64,000 bases of DNA, from assembly GCA_028534125.1 (NCBI GenBank), contig CM052817.1, positions 25,732,001-25,796,000 of the forward strand. The letters are read 5' to 3'. The DNA comes from Lama glama. Lineage: Eukaryota. Each line of letters starts with the position of its first letter. The stretch's first letter is position 1. Under the pieces are notes generated by a model, which was not told the origin of the DNA, did not search any database, and saw only the letters and a program-made list of their open reading frames with translations. A program made the position numbers and the translations under genes. Below, piece by piece: positions 24,893-38,316 of the stretch.

Positions 24893-27572
24893 CTCTAGAG
24901 CCTTCGTAAAATGCTCTTAGTCACTACACCATACCTCTCCAATTCAGCCTTCAAACCAAATCACATAATTGGAAAAAACAGTAAGAAAGTATTAACACCA
25001 TAATTAGACAGAGCCAGAGTATTAAAAACATTTGATTAGCAAGGGATAGAGATATTATCTCCGTCCCATAGAAGCCTAAGAGACGTGCCCTCTTACACCC
25101 AGCTAAGGGGCAGTGACATAGCAGTAGACTTTTGTCTAAGATCCTTAATTTTAATGCCCTTTTTTCTGGTAAGTTATCTTCATTTCTGTTGTACCATCTG
25201 TCTCCCTTCATCTCCTTAGTCCTTACACTCACTGATGCGTTAGGGTAAACGTAAGAAAAAATGTCCATTCTTTTGCGAGTGGTTTGACCAACATTCCAAA
25301 TGTCTTCTGATCCTGGCTTTATAATCAGCTACTTGTATGTCCTTGGTTGATCACTTTGAGCCATTTTGAGCCTCAAATTTCCTCATCTGCAGAATAAAGG
25401 AGTTGAATTAAATGACTGCATAGGTTCCTTCTAGATGTAAAAATTCTGTATATAATGGTTCTCATACCTAGAGAACCTATACCTAGGGTATAGAACCATA
25501 CCTAGGGTTCTGTAGTTGGATGGATATGCAGCAAATTCTTTTTTCAAGTAAATTCTTGCATTATTAAAATTGCATGTGCGAGGTCCTACATTTCTTAAAA
25601 ACAAGGCAAAACAAGAAATGCTAGAAAGCTGTGTAGCTCTTCAAGTCTGAGTAGCTCTGTTCCTACCTCTTCCATGTTCCTTTTGTGAATGGATGGCTTC
25701 ACTTTTCCATAGTCTACAAATCAGACGCCTGCACTTCTTTTGATCCTTCATTTGGAGCAGTGGGAGTGATTGCTATACCCAGAAATCTCAGTGAATTGTC
25801 ACATTGAAATAATATGTTTATTCAACGTATGCTAGCAGTCAAAGCCTTGAAAGCAAATCAAGAAGTTTGAAATACTGTTTTATAGAAGCATAGTTGTTTT
25901 GTTAATGCATATGTATATAAACAATTTTGATGTTTTACCTTTATGCTCATTTTGAAAAATATTCTATTAAGTTCTGCTAGTTCATTGAAAATAGTGAAAG
26001 AAATTCAAGTTTACACATGTTTGAAGTGTTGTGTATATCAGTGTTTTAAATCTGTAAGTTCATCACATGCTGATTTGTATAATGTATCCATCTCTTGTCT
26101 GAAGTGTACCGATGGTCTTCAGCCTGCGATGTGTGTTAGATCGCCTGTAAGGCTTTTAAGAAATATGTTTAGGTCTCACCTCAGACCTACTGAATCAGTC
26201 TTAAGGAAAGAGAACTTGAACACAATGCTGAAATGCTTTCCATATTTTCACTATTAAAGTTCTTGTCAAGAAAAGAAATGGTCTTTTTATTAATTGAGCT
26301 TATACCAACATCAAAGCTAGCCTGTAATAACTTAGTGATGTTAGTATTATAAATTCTGTTGTTTTTTCAAAATTTAACATTGATTAGCATTTATATTTGG
26401 ATGATGGCAATTGATCACTCAAAAAACATTCAACTAACTCATGTTTAGTCATTATTGAGAATTTAATATAAAGTATAAGAAATGTGATACAAAATATAGC
26501 AGCCCCAAGAAAAAAGTTACTTACCTCATTTTTTCTTGTTCTTGGAAGAGTTTGGGCTTATACAAATCAGTGTTCTAATCCTCCCTCCTTCTTAGATCAC
26601 TAATACTCATAAATCATTTGTCAGTATTTTGACAGTATACAAACTTCATTTTCTTGAGAAATGTTTTCAATCTTCAAGTTGTTATTCATCAAAGTCAACG
26701 TTATTTATTTTTGCTTATGTTACATTTTCCCTAGAGTTTTAAATAGTTTCTAATTTTCATTTATTTGCATATATAAGCAACATATTACTCAATACATTTT
26801 TATATTAATGATCTTAAATGTAAAGTTGAGTATATTCTACCAGATTTTCCAAGTGCCAGTATTATTCATAGTGCACAGTATATACCTTCTAGATAATACA
26901 TATTTTGCTTCTATTATCATTATTGACAATTACCCTCCAAGAACATTTTTTAGGGCCCATATTTGTATGGCATTGACAATGTGATGGGCTGGGAGGATTT
27001 AGGTAGAGATATATATTAGTCAAGGCACTCATAACTTTTGAAACTGATAAACCTCAGTCAACATGAGCGTTCTTACTTGAGTGACTTTGCATGTGTATAT
27101 TTTACTCTTCTTCCATGTAAGTCCTTGGTGCCCGTGGATAGAGAAAGAAAGAATGGGAACTACATACCTGCTCTTAGCCACTTTAACCTGTAGGTGACAT
27201 GGTTCATTTCCATCATAAGACCGCACGTATCTGGGAGAGAGGCTGGGAAATGATGTCTAGCTATATTCCCAGGAGAAAAAGAAAGAAGTTTTTGTTGAGC
27301 AACTAGTGGTCACTACGACAGCTCTATTTCTGCCATTAACAAACTGTATGGCTTCTGGCAAGGCACTTGATCTCCTTGACTTCAGTTTCCTTTATTTTAA
27401 AAGATCCAATGAGGTTTTTCTTTTTTGATAAGGTTATTAGCTATTTATATTAAGAAAATTCTCTTAAGATATAGTGAAGCTTGATTCAACAAAACATCAG
27501 AATCACAATATCCTTAAAGTAAATCTGACAAGAAATGAGAACTAAGTTGTGGCACAGTTGGTGGTTTTGTAG

Positions 27573-27616
27573 TTAATTACATAACTAAGGGATATTGATT
27601 ACATAACTAAGGGATC
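27573..27616. repeat. 22-bp tandem duplication
   Basis: attacataactaagggat occurs at 27576 and 27598. Confidence 0.9.
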
Positions 27617-28378
27617 ACTTGATTCAAGTGATCTTGGAGAAGAGATCTTGGGAGGAGTGGATGTAGGATTTCATTCTTAGTCCCAATTTTTTAATTTTTT
27701 CACCATTTCTATCAGTATATCATAATGAAAACAGAACTCATACTCTTCAAGTTATAACTTGGAAATTTCAGACAGTTTTTAGATACCTAGATTAGGCCAT
27801 CAAATTCTTTTAACCTGTGATCTGAGTTATAGGTTACTCCGGCTTTTGAAGACTAGCAAGAGAAGCAAATGAATTATTTATAATACTGTTTTTATGATAA
27901 TATATTTTGTATTCTAAATAGTTATTTTATAAATCAACTGTGAAACATAACCCATTTTTAAGTAAAGGATGGCTTGGATTTAAATCTCCAAGATAGTTTA
28001 ATTGCCTTCCTACCCTTCAAAAAATGATCTCTTAAACCCTTAAATATAATGTTAGGAGCTATAGCTATCAATGTGAATATATTTTGGCTCTTTTTCAGCA
28101 GAGGTGTTGTACTGACCAGAGGAGAGACCTCAAGCACGGACAAAGAATATGTGTAGCTATTAACTAGAAGATGTCACAATCACTCACAATGTTTGCAAGA
28201 CACGCATATGCTTTGAGCCATTACCAATTTTAAAAGGCAAAAATGATGAATGATTACATTAGTACTGGCTGGTAGCATCACTTCTATTACATTTAAAGGC
28301 TCTAAAAGGACTTGATAGGAAAGAAAGATACTTTTAGCGTGATAGTGACATTTCAAAACGTGTTCTCTTTCTTTTCAG

Positions 28379-28561
28379 GACCTCCAATAGTAGTCAGACA
28401 TTATCATCCTGCCATACTATGGAGCCATGTTCATCAGATGAATTCTTCCAAGCCCTTAATCATGCTGAGCAAACATTCAAAAAAATGGAAAACTATTTGA
28501 GACACAAACAGTTATGTGATGTAATTCTGGTTGCTGGTGATCGCAGAATTCCGGCTCATAG
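28379..28561 (+). CDS. KLHL5: KLHL5 coding exon 2 (TSNSSQTLSSCHTMEPC...LCDVILVAGDRRIPAHR), start of BTB domain
   Basis: Acceptor ttctctttcttttcag|G, donor AG|gtaatt, 183 nt, phase 2-2. Has the BTB signature CDV..AHR. The correct frame is not in the ORF track. Confidence 0.95.
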
Positions 28562-29439
28562 GTAATTGTTTTCTAAACTTCTTTATGTGTGAACTATTTT
28601 CTTGATAATTTGATTATGTACGTTAAGGTAACTTGTTCTAATTGATTATTCCATGGAGTAGTTTGGTGATGGATTAAATTTCATGGAACTTCTGCAAAGA
28701 AAACAGTGCATATGATGTTATTACACATTAAAAGAGCCCAAAAAGGTCACTTCATCTCTAGAAGCATAAAAACAAGACATACCAGCCTGAAATCAGTCAA
28801 TATTTTTTGATATAGATTTCAGCTACTATGAGCAGCACTCCACCTAGTTTTCCTATTAAATAAATTTAAATAAACTCAATGGAAATTAGAGCTGTGAGTA
28901 TTTAGAAGCAAAAAAGCTGGTGGAATGGAGTGACAAAACTGTTGAGTTTTTAAGTAGTCACATCTCTCCCAACTTCTGTTTGCTGACCTCCAGGAAGTAT
29001 GAAAGGCAGTGGTGCTCAGGAACAAAAGCCTTTAACACAAATGAAGTATTATTTCTTGATGTAAGAAAAGGAAATGGGAGCCGTTTAATAAAGAACAATT
29101 CATTATTTTTCTTCTAATAATTCCGTATTTAATTGTTCATTGTTAATCACTGTTATGATCCCGAGGTTTTTTTTTTTTTAATGCCTTTCAAAACTAATTA
29201 ACACTCTGTCCCAAAAGTTTTGTTAAACCCTCTAAGTGAAAGTAAAATCAGGAAGAATGGGCTTGGTCTTAGAGTTTTCAGTGACTCAATCAGCATATAT
29301 TTATTGAGATGCTACTATATATTGTGACAAAAGGTCCATATTATGAGCATGGGTTTATTAGAAAGATAGTTCAATATGAATTTCATAAAAGAACCTCAAA
29401 TTCTCTATTTCCAAAGCAGAACTCATTACCTTACCTGCG

Positions 29440-30140
29440 ACACTTGTGTCAGCCATCACCGTCTCACTTGGATTGCAAAAAACTCCTGTTTTCACTCTTT
29501 TCCTCTGCATTCTGCATTCTGCATTCTGTTTTCTACCCAGTAACCTGACTGGTCCTTTAAAATGGAACTCAGATCTTGTTGCTGCTCTGATCAGACTTCC
29601 CAGTGACCGCTCGTGTCACGCACAGCGTGAAAGCCATGTCCTCACAGTGGCTGGTGTGGTTCAGCCTGCCATTACCTCTTGACTGTTCTGCCCTCCTGCT
29701 CTCCTCCTTACTCACTCCACTTGAGAGCCTACTGACCCTTTTGTTCTTTGCACCTGCCAGGCATACGGCTCATGCCTTTGGATTTTTGCATTGGCTGCTT
29801 TTCTGCCTGAATGCTTTTCCCAGATACCTGTATGATGAATTCCTGCACCTCCTTCGAGTCCCTTCGGAAATGTCACTTTCCAGTGAGACCACCTATTTAA
29901 ACCCACCACCCACTCCCCATTTGCCCTTCCGCTGCTTTTTCCCCCATGGCCCTTGTCACTTTTTGATGTACTATAGAATTCACTTCTGCTGTGTATTGTC
30001 TCCCTTCCCTGTAGAATGTAGGACTGCATAAGAGAAGGAATCTTTTGTCTATTTTTATTCTAATGTATCTCAAATATCTAGAACAGTGCCCAGTGTTTAC
30101 TAGGTGTGCCTTAGTATTTGCTCAGTGAATGAATGAATGG
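29440..30140 (+). mobile_element. L2 LINE 3' end
   Basis: tctgcctgaatgcttttcc, tagaatgtaggactgcat, ctagaacagtgcc, terminal tgaatgaatgaatg. Confidence 0.8.
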
Positions 30141-31084
30141 GCAGTTCTCAGAAGAAGGAACCTGAATGGCCAATAAACATTTGAAAAGACCTTCCACCTC
30201 ACTAACAATCAGGTGAATGAAAATTAAAAGAATGATGAGATACCATTTGACACCTTGCAGATGGCCAAAAATGTTAACATCCGACAATATTGTGGGGCAA
30301 GATTAACTCTTATACAGTGCTGGTGGGGGACTAAATTGGCACAGCACTTTGGAGAGCAATTTAGCAAACCCTATGACTCAGCAGTGCCCTCCTGGGGAGA
30401 GAGGAGAAGGGAATTAGAGAGGAACACAGGGAGCTTCAACTATTATCTGTATCAGAATTTCTACTTCTTTAAAAAACAAATAAAGTAAATCTCTGTAAGT
30501 ATGCTGATACGGAAATATGTTCAAGACACATTATCAAATAAAAAATGCATGTTTTGAAAAAAATATATATAAATAACCTATTTTTGCTTATATGTGACTC
30601 AAAAATCTGGAGAGAGACATACTTATTATATAGTAATGTATTATAACAGAATACACAGTTTTGTATTGTGGTAACAAAGATAATTTTATGACAAAGTACA
30701 AACATTATAATATACTGTAATAATTGAAAAATCATAAAAGTTAAAAATAACCTACTAAAACCAGTCTCAAATGTCTCTCATATATTTACTACTTCTACAA
30801 TTAAAAAAAAAAAAACAGGTTATTTTCAAAAGTGATAAACAGGAAAAACTTTACATTTCCCCCCACTTTTTATATTGTCAGCTTAATACTGTGAGCTTGT
30901 AGCTTTTTTTTCAGGATGTTAAAAGGGGATGTTTGAATAGTGAATGGGTAAGTGATTTATCTCAGGAGAAAATTTTCAGTAATGGTAATTTATTATTCAA
31001 AGGGAGGAACTAGAGCATAAAGCAATTTGTCAAACTTAAAATGCATTTCTCAGTACCAAGCACTTTCTGTGGGTAACAAAGTTG

Positions 31085-31137
31085 AAAAAAAAAAAAAGAA
31101 AGAAAGAGAGAAAGAAAAGAGAAAGAAGGAAAGAAAG
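31085..31137. repeat. A/(GAAA)n polypurine simple repeat
   Basis: Pure purine tract about 75 nt upstream of the exon 3 acceptor. Confidence 0.9.
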
Positions 31138-31212
31138 CAGCCAGCCGCATTTCCTAGTGAACATCAGCTTCGATGTTGTCACTGATCTTTTTTTCTTCTA
31201 ATGTGTTCTCAG

Positions 31213-31349
31213 ATTGGTGCTCTCCTCTGTCTCAGATTATTTTGCTGCCATGTTTACTAATGATGTCAGGGAAGCAAGACAAGAAGAAATAAAAATGGAA
31301 GGTGTAGAGCCAAATTCACTCTGGTCCTTGATTCAGTATGCATATACAG
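31213..31349 (+). CDS. KLHL5: KLHL5 coding exon 3 ([15 protein letters not shown]...LIQYAYTG), BTB domain
   Basis: Acceptor gtgttctcag|A, donor G|gtaaga, 137 nt. Matches ORF 31214..31405. Confidence 0.96.
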
Positions 31350-31963
31350 GTAAGAAATCTGAAAATAGAAACTTGATACCTCTTAGATTTAAATTTTATT
31401 ATTAGATTTCAGATTTCTGCTTTTAATAAAGCCTGCCACAGCCAACAGTTAATTCTACTGTTATAACCACCACCCCTCATGACTTCTTTATCTATATTAG
31501 AACGTTTAAAATGATTACCATAACTAAGCTTTTGAATGATATTTTTAAGTGTTCATGTAATAATTAAATGAGCTATATAATGTTTTAGAATTACTGCACT
31601 TAAAATTTGAATTTTATATAATAGATATGTTACTAATTAAATCATTCTTTAAAAATTCTGGAAACAAGCTATTAGTTTTTATTTTAGTAGGAGTCACAAA
31701 GAGCTAATAATTCTTTTTTCATATTTAGTACTTTTTTTTCTTTTTTGAATGTCTTAAATCATCTATGTCTGGAATATGTGTAATGAGCTCTTATTTTAAA
31801 ATACTACACACAAATTGTGCTGAACACTGGAATTTGACACAACATTATAAAATGATTATAAATCAATAAAAAATGTTAAAAAATATAAAATACTACGCCA
31901 GTTACCTTACAAACTAAAGTTCATATGTTTCCACAGTTAACGGAATTTCTTTTTATTGTTAAG

Positions 31964-32160
31964 GCCGCCTTGAATTGAAAGAAGATAATATTGAGTGCCT
32001 GTTATCTACAGCTTGCCTTCTTCAGCTTTCACAGGTTGTGGAAGCATGCTGTAAGTTTTTAATGAAACAGCTTCACCCATCCAACTGTCTTGGAATCCGT
32101 TCTTTTGCTGATGCTCAAGGTTGTACAGATTTGCATAAAGTGGCTCACAATTACACTATG
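31964..32160 (+). CDS. KLHL5: KLHL5 coding exon 4 ([13 protein letters not shown]...[12 protein letters not shown]...HNYTM), BTB end and BACK start
   Basis: Acceptor tttttattgttaag|GC, donor ATG|gtatgt, 197 nt. Matches ORF 31975..32205. Confidence 0.96.
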
Positions 32161-35100
32161 GTATGTATTTTCTGGAAAGCCGGAAGGCACATGCTCTCTG
32201 CCTGATTCCTTACTGCTGCAGGCTTATCTCCATGTTGCTGTTCTCCCAGGGCTCTGCCGTATGTCTTGAGGTTCAAGTGCAGGTTCACTGTCTAGTGTGT
32301 CATAGTTCCATTGAGTTATGAGGGAAAACACCAAGTAATATTTCTCCTGGGTATGAGAGTCAAGCCTCAAATTATCACAGCCACTAATAAGCTGAGCAGT
32401 GGCCTAGGACCATTCCAGTCAAGATTTTCAGATCTGCTCCTTTTTGAAGCCGGATTTCTCCCGAACATTTTACTCTGTAGCACATGGATGAATTTCAGAA
32501 TTGTCCACATATTCACTGGCAGAAGTTGGTGGTAGTGACTGTAGTGTATCGGTGCAGTACCGGTACAGCAGACAGGAGATGAAAGGGAGGCTTTTTCTTA
32601 AGGATAAGTCTGACTACATGATAAAAAATGTTTGTAGCTATGTAGAAAGATGTTCTTATTAATTGTAGCAAATGACATACTCAAAATAAATTGCAGGGTT
32701 TCTGATTCAGAAGCCTGGAGGATAATGATTTACAGATTGATCTAGGACAGCAAGAAAATAAGGGCACGTGGAGGGCATACTGCTAGGACCAGCCTCACCG
32801 TCTTAAGAGTAGTGGGGTTTGGAGAAGGGATGCGTGAGGATTTTTAAGGGATGACCATCTTGCCACATGTGGGTCTTCAAAACTGGGCAATGATGAAAGA
32901 CTTTTGCTTTAAATGCCTCCAATAACATTGACATACCAATATATCATTATCCACATTACTGACTTTGTCAACTTCTAGATGATTTTTTCTCAGGGGCGGT
33001 CTACCCTCTCTACGATCCCCTGCCCTTTCATTGAATTGGTTTGTATGTGAAGGGATTGACAAGTACTTTAGGAATATTTCACTAGCAAAACAGAGATTTG
33101 GAAAAATTGTAAGAGCAGGTATTTACAACTATTGGGGAGATTAATTCTACTTACTTCATAAGCTTGATGTGGGGATTAAATGCATTAATGGACGTTTAGC
33201 ACTTAAAACACTGATTGATACATTATATACCCAGTCAGTAATGATATCATCACCATCACTGCATAGATTTGCTCTATTCAGCACAGTAGGGATCTGTGTG
33301 GGTGAGCAAAAACACTCAGACAAAAGCACAACCTTTATGATTCATTATTCTCCCTGTGGTGTCATCACTTCTCAGAAATGTTTCTTATTTATGATTTGCA
33401 AAGTGCTTCAAGTGAAAAAACAGAGAGTGTGCAACAGGGCAATACTGGGCAATACAGACTTAGCGTGGTTCTAGGTTAACATCTTTTGAGTTAAGTTCTT
33501 TGAAATATTTTTCTCCCTCCGTCTTTCTCCTTCCTTGTAGATTTCATGTTTTAACCTTTACACTTCAAGTTCAAAAACTTTTTGAACTAAGATGAATATA
33601 AGTAAACTAAAGCTGGGTTTTTTTCCTTTGTAATCAGTTCATAATTTAAGTAATAATCTCTTTCCTACAAAGGAGTTTTATCCACATGAAAACATTTGTA
33701 TGCGTTTAGGTCATTCCTGTTGTTTACAGTAGAGGCACAATTGCCGCTTTAACGCTTAGATACAAATTAAATTTAAATTAGCTCGATGTTTATAAAGCTA
33801 TTTTCATAGCCAATTAGTTGTGGTAGTTTTTTTTTTCTCAAGGCCATTATATGACATTATTCAGTTTCAACAGAGACATGAAATTGAATTCTAATAACAA
33901 TAAGTAATTTAGAGACAGATTGTGTAATGTGAACTGTTGCTGTGGGAACTGAATGAAATGTATAGCAAAGTTCAATCTTCAATTTAAATAAATCCCTCAG
34001 TAATTTCATTTGCTTAAAAACTATTCCAAAGGGAGAAAGAGCATAATGCTAGCAAGTGTTTGGTAGTATGATAGCTGTTTGTATCATAAAGTGGAGTTAA
34101 AATATGAAGTAAGGACAATGACATAGAGTGAAATCAGTTATCATAATCAGTAAATAGGGCTTGGGATGTTCACTGATCCTGCGTGAATACAAGTAGAAAA
34201 GGATGGGGAATTCCCTCTTGTAATCCTGAAATCTGGAAACTTGTTCTTGTTCTCATTGCCAGTAAATGTGACCTGGAATACATAATTTATCCTCTAAAAA
34301 AAGTTTAATACTGGTTATAGCATTACAAATATTTAATGTTGTTATCGATTTATAAAATAAACATTTGATTTTACAATTTTAAATTTTGTTTCTTCATCTA
34401 GAAAACCTATAAAAACATTGGATTTTGATAAAATACCTGCTTCACACCAAATTAATACTTTTGAGAAGCACTTTGTGTTTAACCTTGTTGAGTAGTATTT
34501 CCGCAAGGTGTTGAAAACTCAATTGTCACTTAATACGAATTACACTAGAATGCGGTGGGCATTGTTCTGAAATAGATATATCAACAAACTATTAAAGAAA
34601 TGAATATTTATGTAATCTTTTTCTCATTGATGAAATCCAATTAATACCATTTAAAAATATGGCAGTAGTTACTTCAGTGTTGTATAAATGTTGACTGTGC
34701 TGTATACTATAATCTAGAACAGTTAGAAATGTACATTATTTTGATTTCTTCAGAATCTCATCTAAGATTATGTAACAGATGTCTTTCCATGTACCCAGGT
34801 AATCTTTTTCTTTGAAAATTTTAATGCCTGAATAATAGTCCATTGAGTTACAACTCCGTAGAGCTGGACATTAGGCTATTTCCCATTTTTTACTGTTGTA
34901 AATAATAATACAGAGAGACACCATCAGAGAAGCATAAGCTTTCCTTCCCCCTCTTGTGAATTATTTGCTAAGGATTAGACAACTCATGGGATAACTAGGT
35001 TGAGAGCTTCAACATTTTTATAGCTCTTGCTTTGTGTTACCAAATCATTTTATAATGTCAGTATGCAATTGAGTAGAACAGTTTGCTTGAAGCCATTCCA

Positions 35101-36427
35101 GCCCTGAGATTTTATTAAAATATATTTCTGAAAAAATGATAATCAGTCATTTAAAATAGATTCATTTGGGCATCTTTAACAAATCATGATGAATTGAAGC
35201 AATTGAATTTAGTCAATTATTCATGTATGGTTTTCCTCTTAAGAATTTCTAGAAAAGGAATGAAATGTCAACCCAAGATAAATTTTAGATTAGTACCTAA
35301 CTTGGGTTACTGGAGGCTATGTGAAAAATATAATACTCATTTTAATATAGAAGATAATTATTGATAGCCCTTATCTCTAGCTCTAATTTAAGTAGCTTTA
35401 GCTATTTTTAAACAGCTCTAATATAAACAGCCTTGCCTTTTTTACTAAAACTCTGTATGTTGAGCTAGCCACAGTGCCTTATGAAGCATAAGAAAAACAT
35501 TAAGGGACAATACATCTAGCATTTGCTTTTATGTCATAACTGTGTAAACAACTCACGCGTTAACATTTGTAACCTTGCACACCAAAAGGTATTTCCCTTC
35601 TTTTTAGATTGTTTAGCATAATAGCCTAGTAAAAGTTATTACCTCCCACCTAAGGGCATTTTTATCTTCCATTTCAAATTATAGAGGGCCTGATTCTAGA
35701 ATGTGGCCAGAACTGAGTCATCTTTAGTCTAAGGTCCTGTAGTCCCAGTGCATTCTAGGTCAACATTTTTATTTTGGCTCTTTTTGCTATGAGACCAAAA
35801 AAACTTTGTATGTAAATCTGGTTAAAAGAGATTGAAGTTTTCAAATCAGACCTAAAATTCTTGGTGGTCTTTTAAATAACATTAAAACACTTTTAAAGGC
35901 CAGTTTGGTTCTAGGATATCCTTAAGGACACATGTGGCCCAGAATGGCCTTGGGAAATTTAGCCCCCCTGGAGGCCATTTCTGGGTAGGAGAAATGACTT
36001 CATGCTCACTCAGGTATTTGGCTTCCCTGTTGGCCAGATTCTTTGGCAACCACAAATCTTAACCTACTTTTGATGTTAGAGTATCATACATCTCAGTGTC
36101 TATTTCATTTTTCCTATTTTCCTTTGAAAAACTTGCCCAAACTACTCCCTAACTTGAGCAAAGTGATACCTAAAGTCCCAAATTTATTTTTAAAATTGTA
36201 ATAAATAATGTAACACTTTAATTCTACTTAAATAGAAATAAGAATTTTAACAACATAATTACAGTTTAAATGTTATTTTCTAAGGTTTCTTTCCTGGCAA
36301 GCAGTAATACTAGGAAGAGCTAAAGTATAAATTTTTGGTATCTAATTCAAAAGTGTTTCATTTCTTTTAAGTACATTGTGATGGACAGAAGAAACAATAC
36401 GGTTTGTATGCTCTTTTTCCCCTCTAG

Positions 36428-36640
36428 GAACATTTCATGGAAGTAATTCGAAACCAGGAATTTGTATTATTACCAGCCAGTGAAATTGCAAAACTCTTAG
36501 CAAGTGATGACATGAACATTCCTAATGAGGAGACAATATTGAATGCACTTCTTACTTGGGTCCGTCATGATCTGGAACAGAGACGGAAAGATCTCAGTAA
36601 ACTTTTGGCTTACATTAGGCTACCTCTTCTTGCACCACAG
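36428..36640 (+). CDS. KLHL5: KLHL5 coding exon 5 ([12 protein letters not shown]...IRLPLLAPQ), BACK domain
   Basis: Acceptor tttttcccctctag|GAA, donor CAG|gtaaac, 213 nt, phase 0-0. Confidence 0.96.
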
Positions 36641-36707
36641 GTAAACAATTTTTAATCATTTAAAATCAGTGTCATAACTTCAACAACAGTAGTTGTTGTG
36701 ACTTTGA

Positions 36708-37058
36708 GTAGTCAGCCTTCCACATTCTCAGGCTTTGCATCCATGGGTTCTGCATCCTGGGTTCAACAAAGCATGTATTGCAAAAAAAAATTTTTTTAAT
36801 TTCTAAAAAATTCCAAAATGCAAAACTTGAATTTGTCCCATGCCTGCAACTATTTACATTGCATTTACCACTGTTTACATAGCATATGCCTTATATTAGG
36901 TATTGTAAGTAATCTAGAGATGATTTAAAGTGTACAGGAGGCTGTTCAGAGATAATATGTAAATACTACACCGTTTTATATCAGGGACTTGAGATGTTGG
37001 TATCCACAGAGGTCCTGGAACCAATCCCCCCTCCCCAGAATACTGAAGGACTATTGTA
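36708..37058 (-). mobile_element. MER2B-like Tigger-family DNA transposon
   Basis: ttaggtattgtaagtaatctagagatgatttaaagt...agggacttgag...ggtcctggaaccaatcccc, ending in TA. Confidence 0.8.
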
Positions 37059-38074
37059 GTCCCTTTATGCTAATTACATTAACATGAGCTTGTCTGTATG
37101 TTTTTTCCTTTAACTGTTCTATTCAATAAGGTTATTTTACATATATGCCTATGAAATGTTAAGGTGGAAAGATAGTGAGCTGAAAAAAGATCTGTTTATA
37201 TGTTCTCAACCCAGAAGGTCTGACTACCTAAATTGCATCCATTAAGTAACATTGTTGCTTTGCGGTTAGTAGTTTTATTTGACTCAGCTATAAACCTATC
37301 CTAGCAATTGAAGAATTAATAAAGCTGCTAAAGAAAGGAACACTGGACTCCAGGAACCAGAAAATTTAGATTAATTCATTTGCCACACATTGATTAAGTA
37401 TCCACTAAATGCTGGATTCTGGTGATGTATATATAAGTTAATGAGACATGGTAACAGTTCTAGCTCTGATGTTTTACAACTGTGATTTGACATATGCACA
37501 TACCTCGGTTTCTTCATCTGTCGAGGGGAGATAACATCCTTTACATCTGACAGGATTTTTATGAGGATCAGAAAAATGTTCTGTGAAATAAAATATGCTA
37601 TAAATAATAATAGTATGATTATTATTATTTTTAGAATTGAGAGATATTTGGTTGGTATAGTCAAGGCAGTCAGTCATAACATATTTACATGCATAGTTCC
37701 CCTTTTAATAATTTCAGCTAGAATAAACAAAAATGTCCTCTGCATACTTTGCTGCTTATTTTGAGGCCTTAAATAGAGTCCTTGAAAGTAGAGAAAGAAT
37801 GAGCTGTTACTGTTCGAGATCACATTTTGTTGTTGTTTAAAATGCCGTGAGTTTCCTTTTATTTGTATTCATCTTGAGGATTATGTATTATTTCAAGCTG
37901 TTGTGAGCAAAAGTTACTGTTTGCTCTCTACCGTACAGAAACAAAAATCAGTGCTGATGCTTTTATAAGAAAGACCTCCCTCTTCAGAGTAAAATATTTT
38001 ATGAATTCGTAGAAGTGAAACTGCATGAATTGATAACAATTCAGGAAAAATAACATCAGAAAACATTTCTCCTT

Positions 38075-38316
38075 AGTCTCACAGACATAGAAAACAAACT
38101 GTGGTTACCAGAGGGGGAGGGTCGGGGGCAGGGATAGATTAAGGGTTTGGGATTAACAGATACATATTACTATATATAAAATAGATAAACAACAAGTACC
38201 TACTGTATAGCACAGGGAACTATATTTAGTGTCTTATAATAAGTTGTAATGGAAAAGAATCTGAATATATACATATATATATATATATACACATATACAT
38301 ATATTTTTTTTTTTAA
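38075..38316 (+). mobile_element. 5'-truncated artiodactyl-type L1 3' end with (AT)n
   Basis: ctcacagacatagaaaacaaactgtggttacca...ctactgtatagcacagggaactatat. Degenerate target-site duplication aaaacatttctcct / aaagcatttctctt. Confidence 0.85.

Noticed and set aside
28312..28500. ORF-track 62-aa protein over exon 2
   Set aside because: Wrong reading frame. The real exon frame encodes the BTB start.
29504..29528. (TCTGCAT)3 and similar micro-duplications, e.g. atttaccttt x2 at 41211-41230
   Set aside because: Routine slippage repeats with no evidence of function.
29603..30031. 142-aa and antisense 105-aa ORFs
   Set aside because: Both lie within an L2 remnant and are chance open frames.
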